Below, one piece after another: positions 1-9,673 of a stretch of DNA of 64,000 nucleotides. The notes beneath the pieces were generated by a model. The model had not been told where the DNA came from, did no database searches, and saw nothing but the letters and a program-made list of their open reading frames with translations. The stretch is from assembly GCA_965224715.1 (NCBI GenBank), contig OZ245054.1, positions 2,004,334 through 2,068,333 on the forward strand. The letters are read 5' to 3'. This DNA comes from Spirochaetota bacterium (GTDB lineage: Bacteria; Spirochaetota; UBA12135; COTS27; CAXSBA01). Made by a program: the position numbers and the translations under genes. Numbering within the stretch: the first letter of the stretch is position 1; each line of letters opens with the position of its first letter.

Positions 1-93
1 AACTCCAGAGGACAATACCATTTCCACTTCAACGGTAGGTTTCCCTCTTGAATCTAATAACTCTCTTGCGTGCACATGAATGATTGTAGCCAA
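1..93 (-). CDS. eno: Enolase, N-terminal fragment (gene runs off the left edge)
   Basis: Minus-strand translation from TTG at 93, with AAGGAGG a few nt upstream at 99-105, gives [31 protein letters not shown]. This is the canonical enolase N-terminus (AREILDSRGNPTVEVE motif). Confidence 0.75.
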   Translation of the reverse strand, partial: MATIIHVHARELLDSRGKPTVEVEMVLSSGV

Positions 94-376
94 ATTGCCT
101 CCTTAATTAGCAATAAATAATGATAAAAAACAAATCAAAAGCTAAAACAAATACTATTCTTAAAAAGTCAATAATTATTTTATATATAAAATTTCTATTT
201 GATTGAATCTGTTTTATGATAACAACCAACTGGAAATCAAACTATATTATAATTATAATATATCAAATAGAAAAAAATAAAAAAAATTATAAAAATAAAA
301 AATTCTAACTTTAAGTCTATTTTTCAATAATTACAAACAACAAGTTTTAATATATTTTACCCTATAAGCAAAATTT

Positions 377-3300
377 TTATTTAAAATCTAGTTGAACTAT
401 TAACTTATTATAAATGATTGTTACTTGATCAATAATTCTATGTAACTCTTCAAACAAATCCTTATCTTCTTCTAGAGCACGAAAGCTTACCATAGTACGT
501 TCAAGGTATTCCATTTCCAAACTGTTACGCTCGGTTATAAGCATATCTTTAGCATTTCCACGAATAATCCGAATACAATTGATCAGATTACGAAAAAAAT
601 GATAAGATTCCATTAATCGATCATAAGTTAACTTATCGATTAGGTCTTCTACCAAGAGAGCTTGGGCAATCTCCAAAGTATTGTTTTTTCGAACCTTGAG
701 ATAATCTTTCCCATAACAAATGGAGAGCATCTGAAAGAGATACTCAATTTCAGCTAAACCCCCTGGAGAAAATTTAAGATGAAGAATTTGAGTTAGAGAT
801 GATGTCTCTTTCTTTATTTTTGGGGACTGAATTAAATGATCGATCTGTTTTTGTCTTAGTAAAAAATAGTTCTTAAGATCAAAGTCGCGAAGTTCATAAA
901 CAAAATTATCCTTGATAGCCAATATTTCTTCCCCCAAATTTCCAGTGTCCGAGATAACCCGAAGCCGGGAGAGAACCATCTTTTCATAATTAAGATAGCC
1001 TCCTCCCTTATTGTAATAAGATCGATATCGATCTAATGACACTGCTATTACTCCTGCATCACCCCCTGGCCTAAGTCGAAGATCAATCTCAAATACACCA
1101 TTCTTCTTACTTTGAATAATCTTCGGTATCTGATTGCCTAGATAAACATAGAAGTCTCTCACCAAAGATAATATCTTTCCATCAGAATCTCGAGGTCCAT
1201 CATAGATAAATACCAACTCTACATCTGAAGCATAGCCCATTTCACGACTTCCCCACTTCCCCAAGGCGATAACAGCATGTCTTCCTGGTTCCGACTCTTT
1301 AAACCATTCTTGAAATTTTTCTCGACTGAGATAAAAAGCAATTTCAATAGCTTGGGTCATAACCACATCTGTAAGATAGGTCATTTCACTACAAAAATCT
1401 TCAAAGAAACGAATTTCCCCAGTTAAAAGACGAAGATCAAGTTGAAAAAGGAATTTATCTTTAAACTTATTTAAAGTTTCAATCGAATTATAATTTCCAG
1501 TTTTTTTAAAATCCTTAAACATCTTCTTTTTAAGATATTCAGGTGTTAGTGGAATCTTAATTCCCTTCTTATCACTTAGTAAAGCCTGTATATCACCATG
1601 TTGAACCCGTAGAAAATCTTCCATGATCACTTCTCCAGTTCCCAAAACCTTAGCTAAATCCCGAAATAATTTATAGTAACTTCGATATCTCGACTCAGTC
1701 AGTCCAATGTCTTCAATCAAACGATTGAAAGTTTTATAAGCCAATGAAGGATTAGGTGCATAAGCCATGAATGCGGAAAAGTATTTGATGATCAGAATTG
1801 AGGATTTAAGTTCAAGAATTCCCACTTCAGATATAACCTTTTCTCGTTTCCTATCAGTGAGGAAGAGTCGATTAAGCACTCGGTTTTTGAAAGTAGAGAA
1901 TTCTACTTTGATGATATAGTACCCCTTATAGGAAAGGGCATAAGAAAAGAAAAAAAGAAACAGGAAAGAGTCTTCACTTTTAATATCAATCAAAGTGTAT
2001 AGGGGATGAGTTTCATTGTCCACTTGTAAATGGATAGGCTTCAATTGTTTTACTGGAGATTGCAGTCCATATTTTTTCATCGATTTGATGGACTTGAGGA
2101 GTAAGCCTTCCATAACTTGGGCATATTTCCCCATCCTAACTTGAGAAATAGCATCAAGGAATACTTCTTTAAAACTCAATTTATCAAACTCTTGGTGAGC
2201 TTGTTCATGAATAAAATAGCCTTCCATAAAAAACACTACCTTCTTGGATAAATGAGCATTTAGTTCCTTACCGGGCTTTTCCCAAAAGGACTGGTTAAAA
2301 AATGCTTTTGGGCTAGACCGATACTGTATGGAAATATTATGTGAATTTTCAAGAGAAATTTCAGAAACTGAATCATCCGGTTGATAAAGGAATGAAGCTC
2401 CATTTTGAATACTAATCCCATATCCAGAAAAGATAGCACAGATGAGAGAAAAAATCCCTGGATGATCATAGATGACCAGACTAGAGCAGACTTTCCCTAT
2501 TTTGTTTTTAGAAGAATTCTTTAAGTCCGAATTTTCAAAATTCAAAGAAAATTCTAAATGACTTTGATTTTCAATGAGTTGTTTTAAGAGTTGAATATGT
2601 TCGATGATAACCGGAATATCAAAGTTCAAAAAATAATCACTTTCCAGATGATCAATATGTGTTTCAAAAAAGGTCGAATATCGATTTTCAGATTCCCCCC
2701 TATCGGATTGGGATTGAATTTGCTTGCGGATACCTTCAATCTTTTCATGAAAGGTTACGGTTAATTTAAAGATACGAACAAAAAGATTACGGTTATAATT
2801 CATTACTTTTTTAACTCTATCTTGAAATTTTTCTGGATCTTTAAAGCCCATTATTCGAGAAATAACTTTAAGGGAATGGGTGTCATCAGGTATCTTTCTC
2901 ACTGGTTGAAGATCGATAAGTTGAAGATAATGCTCAATCTGCCTCAGAAAACAATAGTGATTTTTGAAGTCACGATGTTGTTTGAGAGAGATAAGCTTAT
3001 AAGCTAAGAATTTATCTAGAGTGGAAAGGGTATTGGAATTGCTAAGTACACGGGTAATTTTGCCATGATGGATCTGCAAAAATTGTACCATGAACTCAAT
3101 ATCCCTTATCCCCCCAGGAGAGAGTTTAACATCAGCATAGTTACGAGAATGATGGAAAGTTTCAATAGTACTTTTAATCCGAGCTATACTGAACAACATC
3201 TTTTGAGATGAGAAGTCTGAGTTAAAAACAAAACGCTTTCTAAAGGTTTCGAACTCTTTACCAACTTTGCTATCACCCCCCACCATACGAGCTTTAATCA

Positions 3301-4159
3301 AGGCTTGAAATTCCCAAGATTGAGCTCGGGTTTGATAATAACGTTCATACTGACAAAGAGAAAGATAAAGAGATCCCTGATCCCCTTCTGGACGGACACG
3401 AAGATCTACCTTAAAGACAAAACCATCTGCAGTTACCCGATCCAGAATATCAATAAAACGATGAATCCTCCTAGTCAGAATTTTGGTTTCAATCACTTCA
3501 GAGTAATTATTAGCCGAAACAAACATCAGATCAATGTCAGAATTATAGTTCAGTTCTCGACCACCCAACTTTCCCATAGCGATAACTGCTAAGGGTATTT
3601 GAGTCAATCCGGAAAATTCTAAAGCATAAATAATAGCAGTTTCAGCAAAAAGCGTGATCTTGGTAATGGTTTCTTCAAAAGTATCCATTTTAGTATAATC
3701 GGCCACAGAAATGGTGAGAAATTGACGAACTTTTTCTTCCCGGATTAGTCGATAAAATTGGTTTTCTTCCTCTTGATTTTCTTTCAAATCATTTAAAAAC
3801 CGACTCAATATTTTTTCTTGCTGGATTCGATATTCTTCCACCGTGGCTTTGGGTATAGGGAAAATATCTAAAAAAGATCGTGGACTCTTGGAAAGATAAC
3901 GGAAAAGGATTGGACTATTGGAAAAAAGTACAGCTAACTGCTTAAATACCTGTTTATCAAACTTATGCTTAATGATAGAAGGAAATTCTGACTTAGAGAA
4001 TTCGGTGGAAAGTTGGGAGATTAAATAAGATAGTTGTGAAATTAATTTATCAGGATCAGGCTGTTCTAACAAAATTTTCCGATAGGAAGATGTTTCACTA
4101 TTAAAATCGATTCCCGTAATCGAAGTTAGCTTTTCCAACTTCTGGGAGATTCCCTTCAT
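377..4159 (-). CDS. GlnE-like bifunctional glutamine synthetase adenylyltransferase/adenylyl-removing enzyme with central GlnD-like ACT-type insert
   Basis: 1260-aa ORF with two GlnE-type nucleotidyltransferase motifs: GKLGGRELNYNSDIDLMFV at about aa 195 and GKWGSREMGYASDVELVFIY at about aa 970. Each motif is followed by KxSPGGxxxIEF helical regions. The central segment (aa ~500-775) has a GlnD-style YFL..H..LL lead-in and DHPGIFSLICAIFSGYGISI ACT-like strands. Confidence 0.7.
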   Translation of the reverse strand: MKGISQKLEKLTSITGIDFNSETSSYRKILLEQPDPDKLISQLSYLISQLSTEFSKSEFPSIIKHKFDKQVFKQLAVLFSNSPILFRYLSKSPRSFLDIFPIPKATVEEYRIQQEKILSRFLNDLKENQEEENQFYRLIREEKVRQFLTISVADYTKMDTFEETITKITLFAETAIIYALEFSGLTQIPLAVIAMGKLGGRELNYNSDIDLMFVSANNYSEVIETKILTRRIHRFIDILDRVTADGFVFKVDLRVRPEGDQGSLYLSLCQYERYYQTRAQSWEFQALIKARMVGGDSKVGKEFETFRKRFVFNSDFSSQKMLFSIARIKSTIETFHHSRNYADVKLSPGGIRDIEFMVQFLQIHHGKITRVLSNSNTLSTLDKFLAYKLISLKQHRDFKNHYCFLRQIEHYLQLIDLQPVRKIPDDTHSLKVISRIMGFKDPEKFQDRVKKVMNYNRNLFVRIFKLTVTFHEKIEGIRKQIQSQSDRGESENRYSTFFETHIDHLESDYFLNFDIPVIIEHIQLLKQLIENQSHLEFSLNFENSDLKNSSKNKIGKVCSSLVIYDHPGIFSLICAIFSGYGISIQNGASFLYQPDDSVSEISLENSHNISIQYRSSPKAFFNQSFWEKPGKELNAHLSKKVVFFMEGYFIHEQAHQEFDKLSFKEVFLDAISQVRMGKYAQVMEGLLLKSIKSMKKYGLQSPVKQLKPIHLQVDNETHPLYTLIDIKSEDSFLFLFFFSYALSYKGYYIIKVEFSTFKNRVLNRLFLTDRKREKVISEVGILELKSSILIIKYFSAFMAYAPNPSLAYKTFNRLIEDIGLTESRYRSYYKLFRDLAKVLGTGEVIMEDFLRVQHGDIQALLSDKKGIKIPLTPEYLKKKMFKDFKKTGNYNSIETLNKFKDKFLFQLDLRLLTGEIRFFEDFCSEMTYLTDVVMTQAIEIAFYLSREKFQEWFKESEPGRHAVIALGKWGSREMGYASDVELVFIYDGPRDSDGKILSLVRDFYVYLGNQIPKIIQSKKNGVFEIDLRLRPGGDAGVIAVSLDRYRSYYNKGGGYLNYEKMVLSRLRVISDTGNLGEEILAIKDNFVYELRDFDLKNYFLLRQKQIDHLIQSPKIKKETSSLTQILHLKFSPGGLAEIEYLFQMLSICYGKDYLKVRKNNTLEIAQALLVEDLIDKLTYDRLMESYHFFRNLINCIRIIRGNAKDMLITERNSLEMEYLERTMVSFRALEEDKDLFEELHRIIDQVTIIYNKLIVQLDFK

Positions 4160-4161
4160 TC

Positions 4162-4668
4162 TTAACGTCTCTTTACCTTATACTGACCCTCAACATATGC
4201 GGTAATTATAAGCTTTGTTCCCTTAGAAATAAAACCAATCTCTGACAAACCATCTAGTGTTCTATTTAATGCACGAATTTTGCCCACTGGTCGAAGGTCT
4301 GTATGAGCAATTACCCCTCCTTCATTGAATTGAGCTATCCTCTCTGAAATAATCTCTTCTTGATTATCATGAGGAAAAGGTACCTTATATTCTTGAGCCA
4401 CCCATTTCCACAGTCTAAACCTGATAAGAACAAAGAGATAAGTAGCTCCTACAATCAGAAAAATGATCCCAAGAAAAATCCCAATATTCGTATTTTGACG
4501 ATAAGCATAAATCCAAAAAATAAACCAACCTATTAAAGACGCTATAGTGATCATCATTGTCGGAATCACCAAAATATCTATGGTGATCGCTAAAGTAGCC
4601 ATAACGATGAATCCCAGACCGATCCAGGTTAAAGGATCATTTACCTCACTTATCATTTTCTCCATCAT
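4162..4668 (-). CDS. NfeD-family membrane protein (short form, C-terminal OB-fold)
   Basis: 168 aa with N-terminal TM helices and a C-terminal NfeD-type beta domain (DLRPVGKIRALNRTLDGLSEIGFISKGTKLIITAYVEG). Its start overlaps the stop of the upstream gene by 4 nt. Confidence 0.6.
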   Translation of the reverse strand: MMEKMISEVNDPLTWIGLGFIVMATLAITIDILVIPTMMITIASLIGWFIFWIYAYRQNTNIGIFLGIIFLIVGATYLFVLIRFRLWKWVAQEYKVPFPHDNQEEIISERIAQFNEGGVIAHTDLRPVGKIRALNRTLDGLSEIGFISKGTKLIITAYVEGQYKVKRR

Positions 4669-6140
4669 ATTTCTAAAGCCTCAACAACTAACAAATAACC
4701 ATCCTTTCCGGTAACCTTTACTTTAGTCCCTAAGTCCAAATAGTTACCTATTGTTACTGCATCATAAACCCTACCATCAACCTCTATCTTACCGGATGGT
4801 GATAGTTTTGTAATAGCTACCCCTTTAACTTCAACCCATTTTTTATCGGAAAATAAAGAAATCATAGAGGATTCTTTGGTGGACTCAGTCTCAGAAGACT
4901 CGAAAAGCTTCTTGGTGAATACCAGAGGACTTCTCATCATAAAACGTCCTCCCACCATAAAACTCAATACCAAAATCACTAGACTGCCCAGAAAGACATA
5001 AAGCACCAGTTCTAGGTTTTGACTAAGAATATCCCACTCAAAGACATTTTCTGGAATGACAAAATTCTGTTGCATTAATACAAAAGAACCTAGAAGAAGA
5101 GCAATCCCCAAAACTCCAAAAACTCCAAAACCAGGTAAGATTAGTACTTCCACCCCTAATAAAATAATACCCAAAATCAATAAGATAAGATCCACATAGT
5201 CAGCCAATTCCACCATATATTGACCTATAAAGAAAATTCCAAAAGCAATGAGAGCAAAAATTCCATAAAAACCAAAACCGGGATTTTTTACTTCCAAATA
5301 AATTCCTCCTAACCCTACCAAAATGAGAAGCCAAGAATATTTCAGATAGAAAGAGAAAACCTTTTCTGCAGAAGTTTTTTCTATCCGAATGATTTCAGAG
5401 GATATTTTCTCTTTGTCAGCTAAAAGGGCAGCTAGAGATTCCACTGATGCTACCGTCCCACTAGAAAACCCAAAATCGTTTGATTCCTGATCACTCATAG
5501 TGAGAAGCTCTCCTTTGGGCACTAGAGTTCTCTTTTGTTCTATATTTTCTTTATCCGCATCAGAAAGGTCTTCATATTCCACCGCATCCATAATAGTTTT
5601 ATTTCCACCTTTCCAGGTCACTTGAATAATTTCTTTCTCAGTACTAACAAAAGCTTCGGATAATTTAACCGGATAACCATTTTTCTGGGCTAGAGCCCTA
5701 AATTTCGCTCGAAGGGGAGACTGAAATTTCTCTCCCAACATTTGGGGACCTTCGGCTCCCATCGTAATAGGAGCAACATCTCCCATAATAGAATTACTTA
5801 GCATATAAATTTTCCGAGAAGCCATAGCTATGAGAGTGCCGGCAGAAATTGCTTTCTCCTCCACCAGAGTAACGGTTGGGATATTCAAACCGGAAATCAA
5901 GTCTACAATTTGAAAGGTAGTGTGAAGTTCTCCTCCAAAAGTATTGATTAAAAAAATAATCTTTTCTGGTTTTTTATTCTCTGCATCTGCCACTGCTCGT
6001 TTTAAGAAACTATAAACTCCAGATTCAATTTCACCTTCGATCGGAATAAGGGCCATTTGGCTATTTAAAAATTGTTTTTGCCCCAATAATAAAATAATTA
6101 CAATTATAGGCAGAAAGGAAAAAGTTGAGTTTTTTTTCAT
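4665..6140 (-). CDS. NfeD-family membrane-bound ClpP-class serine protease (long form)
   Basis: Signal/TM N-terminus, ClpP/crotonase-like domain (INTFGGELHTTFQIVDLI, AISAGTLIAMA), a multi-TM block and a C-terminal OB domain (GKIEVDGRVYDAVTIGNYLDLGTKVKV). Confidence 0.75.
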   Translation of the reverse strand: MKKNSTFSFLPIIVIILLLGQKQFLNSQMALIPIEGEIESGVYSFLKRAVADAENKKPEKIIFLINTFGGELHTTFQIVDLISGLNIPTVTLVEEKAISAGTLIAMASRKIYMLSNSIMGDVAPITMGAEGPQMLGEKFQSPLRAKFRALAQKNGYPVKLSEAFVSTEKEIIQVTWKGGNKTIMDAVEYEDLSDADKENIEQKRTLVPKGELLTMSDQESNDFGFSSGTVASVESLAALLADKEKISSEIIRIEKTSAEKVFSFYLKYSWLLILVGLGGIYLEVKNPGFGFYGIFALIAFGIFFIGQYMVELADYVDLILLILGIILLGVEVLILPGFGVFGVLGIALLLGSFVLMQQNFVIPENVFEWDILSQNLELVLYVFLGSLVILVLSFMVGGRFMMRSPLVFTKKLFESSETESTKESSMISLFSDKKWVEVKGVAITKLSPSGKIEVDGRVYDAVTIGNYLDLGTKVKVTGKDGYLLVVEALEI

Positions 6141-6274
6141 TTTCTTATTTGCAATTTTATCATTATTTACTATTAATTTTTATTCATTTATTTCTTACCT
6201 GACTTCAAAGTTCATAGACAATAAAAATTATTTAAGTTTATGTACAAAAACAACCATAGTTAGAAAAAACAAAA

Positions 6275-6334
6275 GATAAACTATAAGTAAAAAGTATAAC
6301 ATATGACAAACGTTTAGATATAGAAGACTTATTT
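6275..6334 (+). repeat. Conserved intergenic block 1, copy A (upstream of the HD-GYP gene)
   Basis: AAAAGTATAACATATGACAAACGTTTAGATATAGAAGACTTATT matches 12489-12534 at 38 of 44 aligned positions. The match includes the exact 11-mer CGTTTAGATAT, and the upstream ATAAAC.TATAA context is also shared. Confidence 0.7.
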
Positions 6335-6794
6335 TTTAAGGGAAAAGTTACCCAAAAAAATACTTAGTTCCACAGGCAATGGTGGGCAGAGCTAAATGGG
6401 TAGGCAATCCTCTCCCAATCCCCTCAAACTATTTATAGTTTTATTCATTTATACACACCTGAATGGAAAAAGTTTTCCTACTTTTAAAAAAATAAAATCA
6501 ATATCCTCAAAGAAATGAAAATACTAACCGGATTCTTAGAAGATTTTTCCTAAAAAAGATAATAATGATAAAAATATCTCGTCTTTTTACCCAAAGAAGG
6601 AAATCAATATAATTAAATTATTATTTAAAAAATTTTGAATTGTTTTACTCTTTTATTTTTTGAAGTTTTATTACAATAAATCTGTCTAAAGAAATTATTT
6701 GAAATCAAAGTTATAATATATTAATTTCATATTTTTATAAAATCTTACCAATTAGTAATAGATTTTCATGATAAACTAGTTATATATTTTTTAT

Positions 6795-8771
6795 ATGAAA
6801 AAAGTTTTCATTGCCTATAGTTTTGATACTAAAAAAAAAAGATTCTTTCTACAGTTTGAGAAAAAATTTGAGGCAGTCTATTCTTTAAATAAAAAAAATC
6901 TTTCTGATCTACCCATATTTCCAGAAGTCAAAAACAATCCACTCTCCCAAATATTGTTTTTTTTTTCAATTGATTTTTATCTTGAAAATAAAGATATTAT
7001 CATTGAACTATATGATAAAAAAGGTAATTATGATTATAGTTTTTTTATTGTTATCGGAGCAAAAGATCATAAAAAAATCTCTAAAATCAATCTCAATACT
7101 CCATTTACCTTAGTTCCAGATCAACAATTCCATGATTTTTTTCAAAAGATTCTGTCCCAACCCACAGTTAATTTGAGAGATACCATTCGGATAAACAATA
7201 ACGGGTTAAATAATAAAATCTTAGAAGTTATTACCATTTTAGGTTCGGAAAGAAATATTGAGGTCTTGATGAACAAAATTTTAACTATTTGCATGGAAAT
7301 AGGTTTGGCCGATGCCGGCTCCTTAGCAATTTTAGGTTTTGACAAACAACTTCGAGAAACCGATAAAGACATTTTAACCTTCTACGTTTCCAAAAATAAT
7401 TCCAAAGAAATCCACTTCAATCGATTTTCTATGAAAATCGATTTAAACAGTTTGGCAGGATATTCGATTATCAAAAAAAGAATCCTCAATATTTCAGATG
7501 CCTATAAGATTTCCCCCAAAAAAAAATACCAATTCAACAATACTTTTGATAAAAAAACCGGCTTCAGAACTAAATCAGTTTTGGTCATTCCTTTATTGGA
7601 CTCCCATAATAACGTTTTAGGAGTAATCCAACTTCTTAATAAGAAAAAAGGAGGATATCAAAAAATTATCGATTATAATAACTTTTTACCTTCGGAAATT
7701 TCAGATTTCAGTCTTACTCAACAACAAACAATTATGAATATCGCTAACATAGCATCTATACTTTTGAAAAATCAACTCCTTTACAATCAAGTCAATAGTC
7801 TATTAGAGGATTTTGTCAAAGCTTCGGTATATGCTGTAGAACAAAGAGATCCCACTACTTCTGGACACTCTGAAAGGGTGGCTACTTATTGTGTTGAACT
7901 AGCTAAAGTTACAACTGCATCCAAAGGGATTTTAGAGAACTACCACTTTGACTCTCAACAGATCCAAGAAATCCGCTATGCTGCTTTACTTCATGACTTT
8001 GGGAAGATTGCTGTTCGAGAAAAAACCTTAGTTAAAGCTAAAAAACTAGAAAGCTATGAATTAGAAAATATTTTTAAGAAAATTCGAATTTATCTTCTTA
8101 ATTTTCAACTAGCCGCAGAACAGCGAAAGATTGATCTTCATAACAATGGTAAGCTTAATTCTGATGTTATCGCAAATAAGATAGAACAAATTGATAAACA
8201 AATTAAAAAAGAAATTCAAAAGATGGATCGCTTCCAACGAATAATTCTTGAAAGTAACAACCCTCAAATCATAGAAAAAGGTATCTCCACGACTCTTAAA
8301 AAAATTCAAAAAATAAAATTCTTTGATAACGGACAGGAGCAGTACATTTTGACAAATGATGAATTTAAATTTCTTAACATAAAAAGAGGATCCCTCTCAC
8401 AAGAAGAGAGACTTGAGATTGAAAGTCATGTAACTCAAAGTTTTTATTTCCTTCAGAAGATCAATTGGATTACCGGATTTAAGAATATCCCAGAAATTGC
8501 CTATGGTCATCATGAAAAGTTAGATGGTCATGGTTATCCTCGTAAACTAAAATCCTATCAAATACTTCCTCAGACAAAAATTATGACAGTATGTGATATT
8601 TACGATGCTCTCACCGCCTCCGATCGTCCTTATAAGAAATCACTCACACCTCAGCAATCTATTAAAATTCTCTACGATGAGGTTGATCAAAATAAGATTG
8701 ATGGCAATCTTGTTGATATTTTCGTTAAAAAGAAGGTATTTCGAGTTAAACCTTCCTACCTTCCTATTTAG
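6795..8771 (+). CDS. GAF domain-containing HD-GYP c-di-GMP phosphodiesterase
   Basis: 658 aa. The central region is GAF-like. The C-terminal HD-GYP domain shows SGHSERVA, LLHDFGK and HHEKLDGHGYP motifs. Confidence 0.85.
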   Translation: MKKVFIAYSFDTKKKRFFLQFEKKFEAVYSLNKKNLSDLPIFPEVKNNPLSQILFFFSIDFYLENKDIIIELYDKKGNYDYSFFIVIGAKDHKKISKINLNTPFTLVPDQQFHDFFQKILSQPTVNLRDTIRINNNGLNNKILEVITILGSERNIEVLMNKILTICMEIGLADAGSLAILGFDKQLRETDKDILTFYVSKNNSKEIHFNRFSMKIDLNSLAGYSIIKKRILNISDAYKISPKKKYQFNNTFDKKTGFRTKSVLVIPLLDSHNNVLGVIQLLNKKKGGYQKIIDYNNFLPSEISDFSLTQQQTIMNIANIASILLKNQLLYNQVNSLLEDFVKASVYAVEQRDPTTSGHSERVATYCVELAKVTTASKGILENYHFDSQQIQEIRYAALLHDFGKIAVREKTLVKAKKLESYELENIFKKIRIYLLNFQLAAEQRKIDLHNNGKLNSDVIANKIEQIDKQIKKEIQKMDRFQRIILESNNPQIIEKGISTTLKKIQKIKFFDNGQEQYILTNDEFKFLNIKRGSLSQEERLEIESHVTQSFYFLQKINWITGFKNIPEIAYGHHEKLDGHGYPRKLKSYQILPQTKIMTVCDIYDALTASDRPYKKSLTPQQSIKILYDEVDQNKIDGNLVDIFVKKKVFRVKPSYLPI

Positions 8772-8789
8772 AGAGGTAAAAAACCCCTT

Positions 8790-9146
8790 TTAAATGCTGG
8801 TTACTATTATAGTTATCCCAGTAATAATAAATATTATTCCAAAAATTTTTAGTAGCGTAATTTTTTCTTGAAGTAAATACCTTCCAATAAACAAACTCCA
8901 AACATAGGAGAAAGATGAAATTGGATAAATCACTGTTAATTTACTCAAATTAAGAGCAAAGAGATAGACCAAAGAAGATAAACCAAAAAGAGAAAATCCC
9001 AAAAACAATGCATAGTTTTGAATAATAATTTTTAGAGACAAACTCAATTCAGTATTCGCTTTTTTAAAAAAAAAACTTCCAAAAGCTCCTAGAAGAGAAG
9101 AGACAAAGACACAAAATACTGCTATATAATCCTGCATAAATATCAA
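8790..9146 (-). CDS. EamA-like (DMT superfamily) half-size membrane protein
   Basis: 118 aa with about 4 hydrophobic helices and a single EamA-type repeat. Follows the paralogous 144-aa gene with a 3-nt gap and has a TTG start. Confidence 0.5.
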   Translation of the reverse strand: MIFMQDYIAVFCVFVSSLLGAFGSFFFKKANTELSLSLKIIIQNYALFLGFSLFGLSSLVYLFALNLSKLTVIYPISSFSYVWSLFIGRYLLQEKITLLKIFGIIFIITGITIIVTSI

Positions 9147-9149
9147 CAG

Positions 9150-9584
9150 TTAGATATTTCTTTTCTCATATCCTTTCATACTGATTTTTTGTTTATTATG
9201 GCCATGGACATTACGTTTCTGTTGCCACCCTAAAAGACTACATCCGAAAAAAATAAGAGTAATCCCAAATCCTCGAGTTATCGTCATGTTCTCTGATTCA
9301 AAAAAATATGAAGCTAAGAGAGTAACCCAAATGAAACTGGTAGCCAAAATTGGGAAAAGAACGGAAAAGTCTCCTGATTTGAATGCTATAATCATAAAAC
9401 CAGTAGCCAGAATATAAAGAAAGATGCCCAAATAGAGCCAAGGTTGGAAAAAGATATCAATATATCCATTAGCCCGGTCTATTGCCAATTTCCATAACAA
9501 CTGCCCAGATCCCGCCATGAATGAAGATAGGAGAATCATTACTAAAGCTATATGACTTTGATGAGACTGTTTATCTAATTCCAT
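9150..9584 (-). CDS. EamA-like (DMT superfamily) half-size membrane protein
   Basis: 144 aa with 4-5 TM helices and an EamA-like pattern. Paired with 8790-9146. Confidence 0.5.
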   Translation of the reverse strand: MELDKQSHQSHIALVMILLSSFMAGSGQLLWKLAIDRANGYIDIFFQPWLYLGIFLYILATGFMIIAFKSGDFSVLFPILATSFIWVTLLASYFFESENMTITRGFGITLIFFGCSLLGWQQKRNVHGHNKQKISMKGYEKRNI

Positions 9585-9673
9585 ACTCTAATTTTAATAT
9601 AAAGTAAACAGTGGTATTGAACAACCTTTGATATTTATAATCTGTTAAACCTAAATATTGGGTTTTCCGTTTC

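Noticed and set aside
106-376. RNA genes or regulatory elements in the long AT-rich spacer between eno and the glnE-like gene; also checked 63798-63976
   Set aside because: The sequence is very low-complexity A/T with no tRNA-like or GC-rich stems and no repeats shared with other spacers. Nothing can be supported.
6831-6840. A10 homopolymer in codons 13-16 of the HD-GYP gene as a slipped-strand phase-variation switch
   Set aside because: Runs of 8-10 A/T are frequent throughout this AT-rich window, for example T10 in grpE at 19701-19710 and several in intergenic DNA. There is no evidence of a frameshifted allele, so it is not distinguishable from background.
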